Numbered from the stretch's first letter, positions 18,656 to 27,977 are shown. The stretch is 48,990 bases of DNA from Gammaproteobacteria bacterium (GCA_963693635.1 CAVOBC010000001.1:1-48990), one strand, 5' to 3'. A program made the numbers and translations. The notes: generated from the sequence alone by a model not told the origin.

Positions 18656-19309
18656 GTGACACTCGCGATCTTCGATCTGGATGAAACGCTCATAGCAGGC
18701 GACAGCGATCACCTTTGGGGCGAATACGTTGTCGATGCCGGGCTGGTCGATGGTGAGGCGTATCAACGCGCCAACGATGGTTTCTTCGCTGACTACAAAG
18801 CGGGCAAGCTCGACATCCACGCGTACCTGGGTCTCGTGTACTCGGTCTTGACCGCACACCCGCTTGAAACACTGCTCGCGCATCGCGAATTGTTCGTCGA
18901 ACGTTGCATCGTTCCGATCGTTCTGCCGAACGCCATCGACCTCGTTGAAAAGCATCGCCAGCAAGGCCACGAGCTGCTTTGCATCACTGCAACGAGCCAG
19001 TTCATTACCGAACCGATCGTCCGATTGTTTGGCATTGACGACTTGATCGCACCCGTCCCCGAGTTAGCTGACGGACGCTACACCGGCAAAACCGTTGGCG
19101 TTCCCAGTTACGCAGAGGGGAAAGTCACCCGCCTCCATTCGTGGTTGGCAGGGCGCGCTACCACCCTCGCCGACAGCTACGGCTATACCGACTCGATCAA
19201 CGATGTGCCGCTGCTCAAGCTGGTGGCGCATCCGCATGCCGTCGACCCGGATGAGCGCCTCCGCGCAGCAGCCCTGACCGCCGGCTGGCCGGTGATGAGC
19301 CTTCGCTAG
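18656..19309 (+). CDS. HAD-IB family hydrolase (SerB-like phosphatase)
   Basis: LAIFDLDETLIAGDSD is HAD motif I (DxDxT) and a C-terminal YTDSINDVPLL motif is present. The start is placed at GTG 18656 so it does not overlap the gbuA remnant; the ATG at 18563 would add an unconvincing extension. Confidence 0.7.
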   Translation: MTLAIFDLDETLIAGDSDHLWGEYVVDAGLVDGEAYQRANDGFFADYKAGKLDIHAYLGLVYSVLTAHPLETLLAHRELFVERCIVPIVLPNAIDLVEKHRQQGHELLCITATSQFITEPIVRLFGIDDLIAPVPELADGRYTGKTVGVPSYAEGKVTRLHSWLAGRATTLADSYGYTDSINDVPLLKLVAHPHAVDPDERLRAAALTAGWPVMSLR

Positions 19310-19391
19310 CAGCATCTCACGGTGCCGGATCACCGCGCTGTCGCGCAGGGAACACCGCGGCACCTTGCTTTAGTTCCATGAAAGGTTCCTG
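19307..19391 (+). repeat. copy A of an ~85-nt dispersed repeat beginning at the TAG stop codon of the HAD gene
   Basis: After the TAG, 46 of the first 50 nt are identical to 32776-32825. A second block, tagttccatgaaaggttcctg, matches 32838-32858 at 16/21. Confidence 0.85.
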
Positions 19392-19392
19392 T

Positions 19393-19423
19393 CCCAAGAA
19401 CTGTCATCCTGACAATTCTTGGG
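19393..19423 (+). other. long stem-loop (CCCAAGAAcTGTCA-tcc-TGACAaTTCTTGGG)
   Basis: A 13-bp interrupted inverted repeat lies directly after repeat copy A. It has no clear U-tract, so it is possibly a terminator or processing structure for the HAD gene. Confidence 0.35.
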
Positions 19424-19471
19424 AGTCGGTTTGCAAGCAAACCTCGCATGAACTTGCAGAAAAGAGGCCTT

Positions 19472-19501
19472 CAGAAAATGGCGGTGCATCCCTGCACCGC
19501 C
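19472..19501 (-). terminator. rho-independent terminator downstream of gcvH
   Basis: On the minus strand a perfect 9-bp stem (GGCGGTGCA-ggga-TGCACCGCC) is followed by ATTTTCT, 12 nt after the gcvH stop. Confidence 0.6.
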
Positions 19502-19512
19502 CGCCAGCTGGT

Positions 19513-19914
19513 TCAGGTTTCGTCAGCCCCGGCTTCGCACTGCGCCTGATAGTCGTCTGCGGTCAGTAGATGATCCAGTTCACCGGTGTCGGTCGGTCGA
19601 ATGCGAAAGAACCAGCCCTTGTCGAATGGTGAATCGTTGATGATTTCCGGTTCGTCCTCAAGCGCAGCGTTGATCGCAATGACCTCCCCCGAAATCGGCG
19701 CAAAGATATCTGACGCTGCCTTCACTGATTCGACCACGCCAGCTTCTGTCCCCGCGGTGACCTGCTGCCCAATCTCCGGCAGCTCAACGTAAACCACGTC
19801 GCCCAGTTCTTCCTGTGCGAAGTCACTGACGCCCACCGCCACGGTGCCGTCATCGTCCAGACGCCCCCATTCGTGGGTCGACGCATATCGATAATTCGGA
19901 AGGTATTCAGCCAT
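19513..19914 (-). CDS. gcvH: glycine cleavage system H protein
   Basis: The 133-aa protein contains YASTHEW...VESVKAASDIFAPISGEV, the lipoyl-lysine motif. Confidence 0.9.
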   Translation of the reverse strand: MAEYLPNYRYASTHEWGRLDDDGTVAVGVSDFAQEELGDVVYVELPEIGQQVTAGTEAGVVESVKAASDIFAPISGEVIAINAALEDEPEIINDSPFDKGWFFRIRPTDTGELDHLLTADDYQAQCEAGADET

Positions 19915-20004
19915 CAGAGGGCTCCAATTTGGCAGATTGATATTGTTGTGACATGAAGAGGCCGGGGCAGTGGAAGAGGCAGGGTATTGCCTCGGGCTTC
20001 ATGT

Positions 20005-21324
20005 TCAACGGCCGCTCGCTAACTTCACGACCTGGCGGCGCAGCAGCGGTGTGCCGGCAACGACTTTCATTGCTTCATTGCACAGCAACGCTGCGACCGG
20101 ATTGCGGTTGCCATACACGCGCCGGAAGGCCTCGACGACCGCCATCGTAGCCAGGTTCTCCGGCTGGCGCTCACGCTCGAAATTCTTGAGCGTCGCTAAT
20201 TGTCCCGGGTCCGCCCGCGTGAGTTCAGCGCGCGTCAGTCGTGTAGCGAGCGCGCTGGCGTCAGCGAAACCGAGATTTGCGCCCTGTCCAGCGAGCGGGT
20301 GGATGGTATGCGCGGCATCGCCCAGGAGCGCAATCCGTGGCGACACATAACGACGAGCGTGACGCTGCTCCAGTTCAAAGCTGAAAGTCGGGCTGATGCC
20401 GGTGACCACACCGAGCACATGCTCAGAAGCGCGGCTCAATCGATCGCACTGCGCTTCAGCAGAAAGCGCGGTGAACGCGGTTGCATCGGCAGTCTCCATC
20501 GACCAGACGAGCGAGACCCTGGCTGGCTCGCTGCGTGTTGATTCACCCTCTGATTCCCGCTCTGGTTCACTCTTTAGATCACTCTCTAATTTAGAGGGCG
20601 CAGATTCGCTGGCAGGCACGAGCGGCAGAAATGCGAGTGGCCCAACATCGGTAAACACCTGCAACGCGGTGCCCTGGTGTGGCCGCTCGACAGCAAGGGT
20701 CGCGACGACGGCAGTCTGGCCATAGGACCAGCGACGCTCACCCAGACCGGCAAGCTCGCGAATGCGCGAGGACTTGCCATCCGCGCCCACCAGCAAACGG
20801 CAGCCGGGCGCGGCATCACTCCCGGTCACGACGACGACATCATCGCCAGCCGTCACGGCCTGCACGTCGAATGCGTACTGCAATGTCACGTTTGGCAACC
20901 CCCGCACCCGCGCCTCAAGGGCATCGAGCAGCACAGCGGTTTCAACCACGTGACCCAGCGCATCACGGCCGATGTCGGCCGCCGCAAAGTCGATGGACCC
21001 GGTGCCCTCCCCGTCCCACACATGCATTGCGTCATACGCACACACCGCATCCGCCGGCAGCCGGTCCCACACGTCAAGGCGTCGCAAGATCGCGGTCGAA
21101 GCCGGGTTGATCGCGAGCACCCCGCCGAGGGCGCCGCCTGTTAACACAAAGTCGCTGTTGCCTGCCGCGACAGGCAACACTGGCGGTTCTCGCGTCGCGG
21201 GTTGGCTCCTGGCGTCGATGACAAGCACATCGTACGCGGTGCCGCCGAGCGCGGCGGCCAGGGTCAGGCCAACAAGGCCGGCGCCGACAATGATGACGTC
21301 GTAATGATCGTAGGTATCAGCCAT
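20005..21324 (-). CDS. ubiH: UbiH/UbiF/VisC/COQ6-family FAD-dependent ubiquinone-biosynthesis hydroxylase
   Basis: YDVIIVGAGLVGL is a Rossmann GxGxxG, with LLVGADGKSSRIR and LLGDAAHTIHPLAGQGANLG also present. The start ATG 21324 overlaps the pepP stop (ATGGCTGA). It is the only paralog here. Confidence 0.8.
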   Translation of the reverse strand: MADTYDHYDVIIVGAGLVGLTLAAALGGTAYDVLVIDARSQPATREPPVLPVAAGNSDFVLTGGALGGVLAINPASTAILRRLDVWDRLPADAVCAYDAMHVWDGEGTGSIDFAAADIGRDALGHVVETAVLLDALEARVRGLPNVTLQYAFDVQAVTAGDDVVVVTGSDAAPGCRLLVGADGKSSRIRELAGLGERRWSYGQTAVVATLAVERPHQGTALQVFTDVGPLAFLPLVPASESAPSKLESDLKSEPERESEGESTRSEPARVSLVWSMETADATAFTALSAEAQCDRLSRASEHVLGVVTGISPTFSFELEQRHARRYVSPRIALLGDAAHTIHPLAGQGANLGFADASALATRLTRAELTRADPGQLATLKNFERERQPENLATMAVVEAFRRVYGNRNPVAALLCNEAMKVVAGTPLLRRQVVKLASGR

Positions 21325-22690
21325 CACCAGCCATGAACGCCTCGATTTCAGGGATCGTCTTGGGAATGGCCGGGGTGAGAATCTCGTGACCATCGCGAGT
21401 CACCAGCACATCGTCCTCAATACGAATGCCAATGCCCCGGAATTCGGCCGGGACGTCTGCATCTGCATCGATATAGATGCCGGGTTCTACGGTGGTGACC
21501 ATGCCAGGCTCAAAGACTCGCCATTCGCCGCCAATCTGATATTCGCCCACGTCGTGCACATCGAGCCCGAGCCAGTGGCCAGTCTTGTGCATGTAGAACG
21601 ACTTGTACGCCTCGTCGGCAATCAATGACTCCAACTCGCCCTGTAAAATGCCCAGCGCCAGCATGCCCCGCGTCAACCAGCGCACGGCGGTTTCGTGGGG
21701 TTTGTTCCACAGGTTGCCGGGTCGCACTTCGGCGATCGCCGCAAGTTCCGCATCCAGCACGATATTGTAAAGCTGCTTTTGCGCGTCGGTGAATGACCCC
21801 GACACGGGAAATGTTCGCGTGACGTCTGACGCGTAGTAGCCATACTCGCTGCCCGCGTCAACGAGCACCAGGTCGCCGGCTGCCATCTCCGCGTCATTAT
21901 CAACGTAGTGCAGGATGGTGGCATTGGCACCGCTGCCCACGATTGACGGATAGGCTGGCACCCGCGCGCCGGCCATGCCAAACGTGTGCTGCAACTCGGC
22001 CTCCAGCTGATACTCCATCACGCCCGGCCGGGTCATTTTCATGATCCGTTTGTGTCCTGCGGTCGTGATCTTCGCCGCATGCTTCATCATCTTCAATTCA
22101 GCCGCGCTCTTGAAAAGACGCAGCTCGTGCAGGTATTGGCCCAGCTGAGTCAACTCACCCGGCGGGCGCGTGCCGGACTGGCCGTTGCCCTTGCGGCCGT
22201 TGATCCAGTCGATCAATCGACTGTCGAATTCCCGGTCCTGACCCATGCTGTAGTAAAGCCGCTCCCGGCCTTCAATCAGGCCCGGCAGGATGTCGTCCAT
22301 ATCAGTGATCGGAAACGCATCGTCCAACCCGTGGAGTTGCATGGCACGCTCCGGGCCGGTGATGTGGCCGTGCCAGCGCTCCAAATGGGGATCACGCTCG
22401 CGGCAAAACAGGATGGACTCGCCATGCGGTCGGCCCGGCACCAGCACAAATACCGCGTCCGGTTCACGAAACCCGGTCAGGTAGTAGAAATCGCTGTCCT
22501 GCCGGAACAAATGATCCACATCACTGTTGCGCCCGACCAGTCGCGCGGCAGGCAGGATTGCGATGCTGTTGTCGTCCAGCAGCCCGGCGAGTTCAGAGCG
22601 CCGGTGCCTGAATTCTGTCAACGCAAGCTCAGGACCCCGGGCTGGCAGGGCCGCCGGGTCACTCACTGCCACCGCCTCGCATCTCCTCAT
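21317..22690 (-). CDS. pepP: Xaa-Pro aminopeptidase
   Basis: It has an AMP_N domain plus a pita-bread fold with DAGSEYGYYASDVTRTFP, HKTGHWLGLDVHD and IRIEDD metal ligands. ATG 22690 would overlap ygfB by 32 nt, so a later start is possible. Confidence 0.9.
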   Translation of the reverse strand: MRRCEAVAVSDPAALPARGPELALTEFRHRRSELAGLLDDNSIAILPAARLVGRNSDVDHLFRQDSDFYYLTGFREPDAVFVLVPGRPHGESILFCRERDPHLERWHGHITGPERAMQLHGLDDAFPITDMDDILPGLIEGRERLYYSMGQDREFDSRLIDWINGRKGNGQSGTRPPGELTQLGQYLHELRLFKSAAELKMMKHAAKITTAGHKRIMKMTRPGVMEYQLEAELQHTFGMAGARVPAYPSIVGSGANATILHYVDNDAEMAAGDLVLVDAGSEYGYYASDVTRTFPVSGSFTDAQKQLYNIVLDAELAAIAEVRPGNLWNKPHETAVRWLTRGMLALGILQGELESLIADEAYKSFYMHKTGHWLGLDVHDVGEYQIGGEWRVFEPGMVTTVEPGIYIDADADVPAEFRGIGIRIEDDVLVTRDGHEILTPAIPKTIPEIEAFMAGDG

Positions 22691-23216
22691 ACAACACCAT
22701 CACTGAAACGCGCACGAATTCGCTGATCTCAACGAAGTCGCGCTCATTCTCGTCCTCGTCCCCGTCGTCGAGATCGATCAGCTCATCGCCCATCTCGATC
22801 AACCTCATGTAGGTCTTGATCGCGTCTTCACCGTCCTCGGAAAGCGCGTCCTCGTCACAGCGGAACGTGCCGAGAAAACCAACACACCAACGCCGCAGCG
22901 CCGCAGTTCGCTCCTTCAGCTCAAGCTCATCATCCGGCAACAGTAATTGAAAACTCAAATCATCCGAGCCGATCAACCCGGCACTGATGCGAAAGACATC
23001 GACGATCTGGTCAAAATTGTCGTAATCGATTTCGTCCGCGATCCACGTCATCAGCCGCGCGGCCATTTCATCGTCGTCGAGGAGATCAGGGCTGCAAAGC
23101 TCACCACACATCAAACCGTGCAGTTCTGCCGGCGATATGTGCGCGCCAACCAGATAGCTGACAGATTCAAAACTGATTTGTTCGGGATCAGAGCCGCCCG
23201 ATTCGTCGTCAAACAT
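22659..23216 (-). CDS. ygfB: UPF0149 family protein YgfB
   Basis: This 185-aa acidic protein contains SPAELHGLMCG and WCVGFL, and sits in the conserved position upstream of pepP-ubiH. Confidence 0.8.
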   Translation of the reverse strand: MFDDESGGSDPEQISFESVSYLVGAHISPAELHGLMCGELCSPDLLDDDEMAARLMTWIADEIDYDNFDQIVDVFRISAGLIGSDDLSFQLLLPDDELELKERTAALRRWCVGFLGTFRCDEDALSEDGEDAIKTYMRLIEMGDELIDLDDGDEDENERDFVEISEFVRVSVMVLYEEMRGGGSE

Positions 23217-23425
23217 GATCCCCTCACCGACCCTGCCGTGGCGGGTCTCATTGATTGCCGTTTCTGCGGACGCGCCTTATAGTACCCCACGCTCAGGCTC
23301 GCGTTTGCGTGTGCTGTGGTACGTGTCATGCTGCCGGTTCGGCGGTGCCTGTAGCGCACACGACCGGCTCCCGTGCAGCACGTTTGCGCAAAGAAAGTTC
23401 CCAACCGACCGCCACAACAAAGCGC

Positions 23426-23623
23426 ATGGAAATAAGAGACCTTCTGACCAAGATCGACGAACTCATGGGTCTTGTCGATGAACTCGAGCGCAAGCAGCAG
23501 GGGCTGGAGCAAGACCGTGTGCGTTGGCGCGAAGAGCGGATGCGCCTGCTTGAGCGAAACGAGCAGGCCAAGAGCAAGGTCGAAGCCATGATCATGCGTT
23601 TAAAGTCGCTTGAGGCCGACTGA
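23426..23623 (+). CDS. small coiled-coil protein (TIGR02449-like, ZapA-associated)
   Basis: The 65-aa heptad-rich peptide MEIRDLLTKIDELMGLVDELERKQQGLEQ... lies immediately upstream of zapA, as in Pseudomonas. The longer ORF from 23255 looks spurious. Confidence 0.55.
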   Translation: MEIRDLLTKIDELMGLVDELERKQQGLEQDRVRWREERMRLLERNEQAKSKVEAMIMRLKSLEAD

Positions 23624-23748
23624 GGGCGCCAGAGCAGCGATCGCACTCGCACCCACTGATCCCCCATAACCGCCCCGTCGATCACACGCAAACTATACTC
23701 TCCACCCACCAGTCATCCGGCCACCCACTAAGAGACGACAAGCCCGCC

Positions 23749-24066
23749 ATGTCAGACGAGTCGCGCACCGTAACTGTAGAGATTCTCGGGAAGGACTATG
23801 AAGTGAGCTGTGCGCCGGACGAGGTCAAGGCGCTCAAGCGATCGGCCGAGTACCTGGACGAGAAGATGAGAGAGATCAAGGACAACTCCCGCATCATCGG
23901 GCTCGACCGAATCGCAGTGATGGCGGCGCTCAACATCAGCAATGACTTCATTCGCCAGACCGCACGAACGGAACAGATCGCCTCGCGCCGGGGTGCCGAT
24001 CTCAAGCAGATCAGCGGCCGCCTCGACGAAGCGCTGGTGAAGTTGAAGTCATCTTCGGGGGATTGA
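23749..24066 (+). CDS. zapA: cell division protein ZapA
   Basis: The 105-aa protein reads VEILGKDYEVSCAPDE...IAVMAALNISNDF, collinear with E. coli ZapA (IQIFGRSLRVNCPPDQ...IAALNISYEL). Confidence 0.85.
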   Translation: MSDESRTVTVEILGKDYEVSCAPDEVKALKRSAEYLDEKMREIKDNSRIIGLDRIAVMAALNISNDFIRQTARTEQIASRRGADLKQISGRLDEALVKLKSSSGD

Positions 24067-24152
24067 CGACGCCGGATCCGCCTCAAACGCATCTGATCGG
24101 GATTTTTGCGCCGGTGCGCGCTTTGTCGATACCCGATTCGTCGCACAACGCC

Positions 24153-24158
24153 TATAAT
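24153..24158 (+). promoter_or_regulatory. -10 box (TATAAT) for 6S RNA
   Basis: A perfect TATAAT ends 6 nt before the first base of the predicted 6S closing stem (24165). Confidence 0.45.
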
Positions 24159-24164
24159 TGACGT

Positions 24165-24340
24165 GTTCCCTGGGTTGTTGGCCAGTTGACTTGTCCTAAA
24201 CCCTTATGCGATACCCTAGGAGGTCTTTTTCCGTGGCAGTTGTGCACGTCCGCGCGACGGAACGCCTGATGCCAGTTAGAGACCACCGCCTTGAACCGCA
24301 GGGTTCAAGGGCTTTTCCAACAGCGGCAACTTGGGGAACA
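24165..24340 (+). ncRNA. ssrS: 6S RNA
   Basis: It lies between zapA and the 5-formyl-THF cyclo-ligase gene, the conserved ssrS locus. It contains CACCGCCUUGAACCGCAGGGUUCAAGGGCUUUUCCAACAGCGGCAAC, resembling the E. coli 6S 3' segment CACCUUGAACCAAGGGUUCAAGGGUUACAGC. The 5' GUUCCCUGGGUUGUUG pairs over 16 bp with the 3' CGGCAACUUGGGGAAC. The ends are approximate. Confidence 0.75.
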
Positions 24341-24415
24341 ATTCAACGTTAGTCACCGTCGATCGGCAGTCCTGTCGACCACTCCGGTCAGCCATTCCGG
24401 TCATGCACTCCAGTC

Positions 24416-25030
24416 ATGAAGAGTAACGCAACCAGCGCCCGGACCCGCCCGGCGATTCGAACGCTCATGCGACGACGCCGGCGCGCCCTCGGAGCCGGTG
24501 CCCAGCAGCATGCGAGTCGCGCGCTCTGCCGGCGTATCAGTCGTCATCCCTGGTTTCTTCTTGCAAAGAGCGTCGCGGCGTATATCGCGCAGGACGGCGA
24601 AATCGACCCTGCGCCCTTGCTCAAACTCGCGCAACGCGCCGGAAAAACCGGTTACCTGCCAACCTTTCGCACGCTCGATGGCTCGATGGGCTTTCGGCCT
24701 ATCAACCGCATGCTTGTGCCTGGGCGGTTCGGTATCCCGGAGCCGCTGCCTGTCGGGCCGTCACGACACGCCGGCAAAATCGATCTCATCCTGACACCCA
24801 TCGTCGCCTTCGATGCAAGCGGCAATCGTCTCGGCATGGGCGGCGGCTATTACGACGGTACACTCACCGCCGTCCGCGATTCCTGTCGGTCACCGCGGGT
24901 CCTGGGCATCGCACACGGCATTCAGGAAGTGCCCGCGCTCGACGCCGAGTCGTGGGATATCCCGATGACAGCAATCGCGACAGACCGGGGCTGGATACCC
25001 GCCACCGGTAGCCGCCGTTCGCGCCTCTGA
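24416..25030 (+). CDS. ygfA: 5-formyltetrahydrofolate cyclo-ligase
   Basis: The 204-aa protein contains IRTLMRRRRRAL, DLILTPIVAFDASGNRLGMGGGYYD and a WD.P tail, and sits downstream of ssrS as in E. coli. Confidence 0.8.
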   Translation: MKSNATSARTRPAIRTLMRRRRRALGAGAQQHASRALCRRISRHPWFLLAKSVAAYIAQDGEIDPAPLLKLAQRAGKTGYLPTFRTLDGSMGFRPINRMLVPGRFGIPEPLPVGPSRHAGKIDLILTPIVAFDASGNRLGMGGGYYDGTLTAVRDSCRSPRVLGIAHGIQEVPALDAESWDIPMTAIATDRGWIPATGSRRSRL

Positions 25031-25228
25031 CTACTCGGCTCGCGCCTCGGCGAACTCTGGCGCCAGTGCGTCGAACCCACTACGATGCGCCCATGCATCA
25101 CCATGAGCAGCATCACCCTGAGCGGCAGAACTCTGACCAGCAGAACTCTGACCACCAACAACAACCCCGATCAGCATCAGCCCGACGAACGCAAACCCGT
25201 CTGGACGGCAATCCAGGATGAAACCCTC

Positions 25229-25768
25229 ATGGCCGTGATGGAGGTGATCCGCATGGGCCATCCAACCCTGCGGCAGGTCGCCCGTCGGTTGACTCCGGCC
25301 GATTGGACAGCACCTGACTTTCCAGACTTCGTCGAGGACATGCGCGAGACCCTGCATGCGGCCGGTGGCATTGGCCTCGCCGCACCGCAAGTTGACCGGT
25401 CGATTCGCCTCGCCGTCATCGAGATTGACGGCGGGCCGACGCGTTACGGCGAACTCGCACCCATTCCATTCGCCGTTTATATCAACCCACGCGTCACTAT
25501 TCTGGACGACAGCGTGGCGGGACACTGGGAAGGATGTCTGTCCGTGCCCGGTATGATGGGACACGTCGAACGACCTCAGCACATCCAGGTCGACTACCTG
25601 ACCGCCGCAGGAGAGGCCGCATCGATCACGGCGCAGGGCTTTCTGGCGACCGTCTTCCAGCACGAGTTCGACCACCTGGACGGCACCTTGTACGTGGACC
25701 GGTTGTCCGACCCCACGCAGTTCGCTTTCGATGAGGAATACCGGAGGTTCGTTGCCGATGACGAGTGA
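25229..25768 (+). CDS. def: peptide deformylase
   Basis: All three Def motifs are present: [17 protein letters not shown] and HEFDHLDG. The start is uncertain: ATG 25229 or 25238 gives a normal N-terminus ([15 protein letters not shown]), while ATG 25085 adds a 48-aa low-complexity extension. Confidence 0.8.
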   Translation: MAVMEVIRMGHPTLRQVARRLTPADWTAPDFPDFVEDMRETLHAAGGIGLAAPQVDRSIRLAVIEIDGGPTRYGELAPIPFAVYINPRVTILDDSVAGHWEGCLSVPGMMGHVERPQHIQVDYLTAAGEAASITAQGFLATVFQHEFDHLDGTLYVDRLSDPTQFAFDEEYRRFVADDE

Positions 25769-26435
25769 CCAGGACGCACTGAAACAAGCGGCGGCTGCCG
25801 CCGCAATCGCTCATATCGAACCCCATCTCAGCGCCGGGACCATCGTCGGCGTAGGCACCGGTTCAACCGCCGACTTCTTCATCGACCTCCTGTGCGACAT
25901 ACGGCACAAGTTCGACGCGGCGGTGTCCAGCTCCGAGCGCTCTGCAGACCGACTACGCGACGGGGGCGTCCAGGTGCTCGATCTGAATGCCGCACCCGAG
26001 GTCGCCTTCTACATTGACGGGGCTGACGAATGCACTGCCAGCCTCGACCTTATCAAGGGCGGTGGCGGCGCAATGACACGCGAGAAGATCGTGGCATCCG
26101 TTGCGGACGAGTTTATCTGCATCGCCGATGAGTCCAAACTCGTACCGAAACTTGGCGCTTTCGGCATTCCGGTTGAAGTCATTCCAATGGCACGCGGTGC
26201 GGTTGCACGTGCGTTGGTACGACTCGGCGGCCGTCCAGTCTACCGGGAAGGAGTCATCACCGACAACGGCAATATCATATTGGATATGCTGGACATGCAG
26301 GTGACGCAGCCCCAGTCGCTTGAGACTGAAATCAACAACATCGTTGGCGTCGTCGCCAGTGGCATCTTTTCTCACCGGCGCGCCGACGTACTCATTCTCG
26401 CGGGGGGTAACGGCGTCCGCAGCCTCACCGCCTGA
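25755..26435 (+). CDS. rpiA: ribose-5-phosphate isomerase A
   Basis: It contains [32 protein letters not shown] and KGGGGA. It overlaps the def stop by 14 nt. Confidence 0.9.
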   Translation, partial: PMTSDQDALKQAAAAAAIAHIEPHLSAGTIVGVGTGSTADFFIDLLCDIRHKFDAAVSSSERSADRLRDGGVQVLDLNAAPEVAFYIDGADECTASLDLIKGGGGAMTREKIVASVADEFICIADESKLVPKLGAFGIPVEVIPMARGAVARALVRLGGRPVYREGVITDNGNIILDMLDMQVTQPQSLETEINNIVGVVASGIFSHRRADVLILAGGNGVRSLTA

Positions 26436-26517
26436 TGGTGACGGGTGTGGCCTCAGAGAAGCCCGCCAATCAGTCCGGCAATCAGTCCGCCGAGGGTAAT
26501 GGTACGGGCGCTGTTTC

Positions 26518-27903
26518 TCAGATGAGCAACTTGCCGGGATTCATCACGCCATTTGGGTCAAACACGCGTTTCATCGCAGCCATGTAATCCATCTCAGTCC
26601 GCGAGCGAGTGTATCCAAGCTGGTTACGTTTCAATAGCCCGACACCATGCTCGGCCGACACACTGCCATCGTAGGCCTGCACGATGCCCATCACCTCTTC
26701 ACTAACCTCCTCACATTGAGCCTTGAAGTCGTCGATCGCAAGATCGCCGGGCTTCAGAATGTTGAGGTGCAGGTTGCCGTCACCAATGTGCCCGAACCAG
26801 ACGATCTCGAAATCCGGGTAGCGCCTGGCGACAGCTTCGTCTACCGCCTGCAGGAACGCGGGGACCCGCGAGATGGTCACCGCCACATCGTTCTTATACG
26901 GTGTATAGGGCGTTATCGACTCCGAGATGCCTTCCCGATATCGCCACAACGCCGCCCGCTCCCGGTCGTTCTGGCTAAGAATGCCGTCGGTCGCCCAGCC
27001 CGCTTCCATGCAATGCTCGAACGCACTTAACGTGTCTGCCTCGGTCGCCTCCTGCACGTTTTCAATCTCAATCAACGCGTAGAAATCGGCTGCCGTCTCG
27101 AACGGTCGTGCGCCCGATCCGTGCGCAAGGACATGCCCGAGCGCTTTGTCTGAGAAAAACTCGTACGCTGTGAGCGGGACCCTTGCCCTGAACTCAGTCA
27201 GTATCGAAATGATGTTCTCGAGGGCCGGGACTGCGAGCAGAACGACCGACAGGGGCTTCGGCTTCGCCGTCAGTTGCATGGTCGCCTCCACGATAAAGCC
27301 GAGCGTGCCCTCAGAGCCGATGAAGAGGTGCCGCAGGTCATAGCCCGTCGCGTTCTTAACGAGGCCCTTGTTGAGGTCGAGCATCTCACCGGTCCCCGTG
27401 ATTACCTTAAGCCCCTGCACCCAATCGCGGGTCAGGCCATAGCGCAGCACTTTGATACCACCGGCATTGGTCGCAATGTTGCCGCCCAACTGGCTCGACC
27501 CTGCTGACGCGAAGTCAACCGGATAGAACAAACCGTGGTCCTCTGCAAACCCCTGAAGCTGCTGCGTAATGACCCCCGGCTGCACGGTGACGGTCCGCTC
27601 GATTTCGTTGAAGTTTGTCACCTCATTCATACGGTCAAAGGAGACCACCACTTCGCCCCTGGTCGCAACCGCGCCACCGGAGAGACCGGTCCGGCCACCG
27701 GATGGCACCAGCGAGAGTTGCTGGTCGTTAGCGAAACGCACGATCGCCGCGACCTGCTCGACGGTCCCCGGAAAGGCGATCGCCCCGGCGTGGGGCTCAT
27801 AAAAGCGGGTCCAGTCGCGTCCATAGGTGAGCAGACTGTCCGCGTCGTCACGCGCGTATTTTTCGCCAACAATGGATCGCAGCGCTTCAATCATTGAACC
27901 CAT
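26518..27903 (-). CDS. FAD-binding oxidoreductase (GlcD / D-2-hydroxyglutarate dehydrogenase-like)
   Basis: It has an FAD_binding_4 domain (VPSGGRTGLSGGAV) and a C-terminal FAD-oxidase domain ending FDPNGVMNPGKL. ATG 27903 or 27894 is the likely start; the ORF's first codon is TTG at 27912. Confidence 0.8.
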   Translation of the reverse strand: MGSMIEALRSIVGEKYARDDADSLLTYGRDWTRFYEPHAGAIAFPGTVEQVAAIVRFANDQQLSLVPSGGRTGLSGGAVATRGEVVVSFDRMNEVTNFNEIERTVTVQPGVITQQLQGFAEDHGLFYPVDFASAGSSQLGGNIATNAGGIKVLRYGLTRDWVQGLKVITGTGEMLDLNKGLVKNATGYDLRHLFIGSEGTLGFIVEATMQLTAKPKPLSVVLLAVPALENIISILTEFRARVPLTAYEFFSDKALGHVLAHGSGARPFETAADFYALIEIENVQEATEADTLSAFEHCMEAGWATDGILSQNDRERAALWRYREGISESITPYTPYKNDVAVTISRVPAFLQAVDEAVARRYPDFEIVWFGHIGDGNLHLNILKPGDLAIDDFKAQCEEVSEEVMGIVQAYDGSVSAEHGVGLLKRNQLGYTRSRTEMDYMAAMKRVFDPNGVMNPGKLLI

Positions 27904-27977
27904 TTCAAGCAACTCCCAGCAGACGTTCTACCTTCATGGATTTGGGACCAACACCCCGCGATCCAGCCAATGGAGAC

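Noticed and set aside
25125-25154. A perfect 15-nt tandem repeat (gcagaactctgacca x2) upstream of def.
   Set aside because: It lies in the dubious N-terminal extension of the def ORF (SGRTLTSRTLTT). It is most likely non-coding slippage with no evident function.
26466-26489. A 12-nt tandem repeat (c/g)caatcagtccg x2 between the convergent rpiA and FAD-oxidoreductase genes. On the minus strand it could encode a Gly/Leu-rich hydrophobic tail (TITLGGLIAGLIGGLL).
   Set aside because: That frame has no ATG/GTG/TTG start after the preceding in-frame stop, so it is not a small membrane-protein gene. The repeat alone is too short to interpret.
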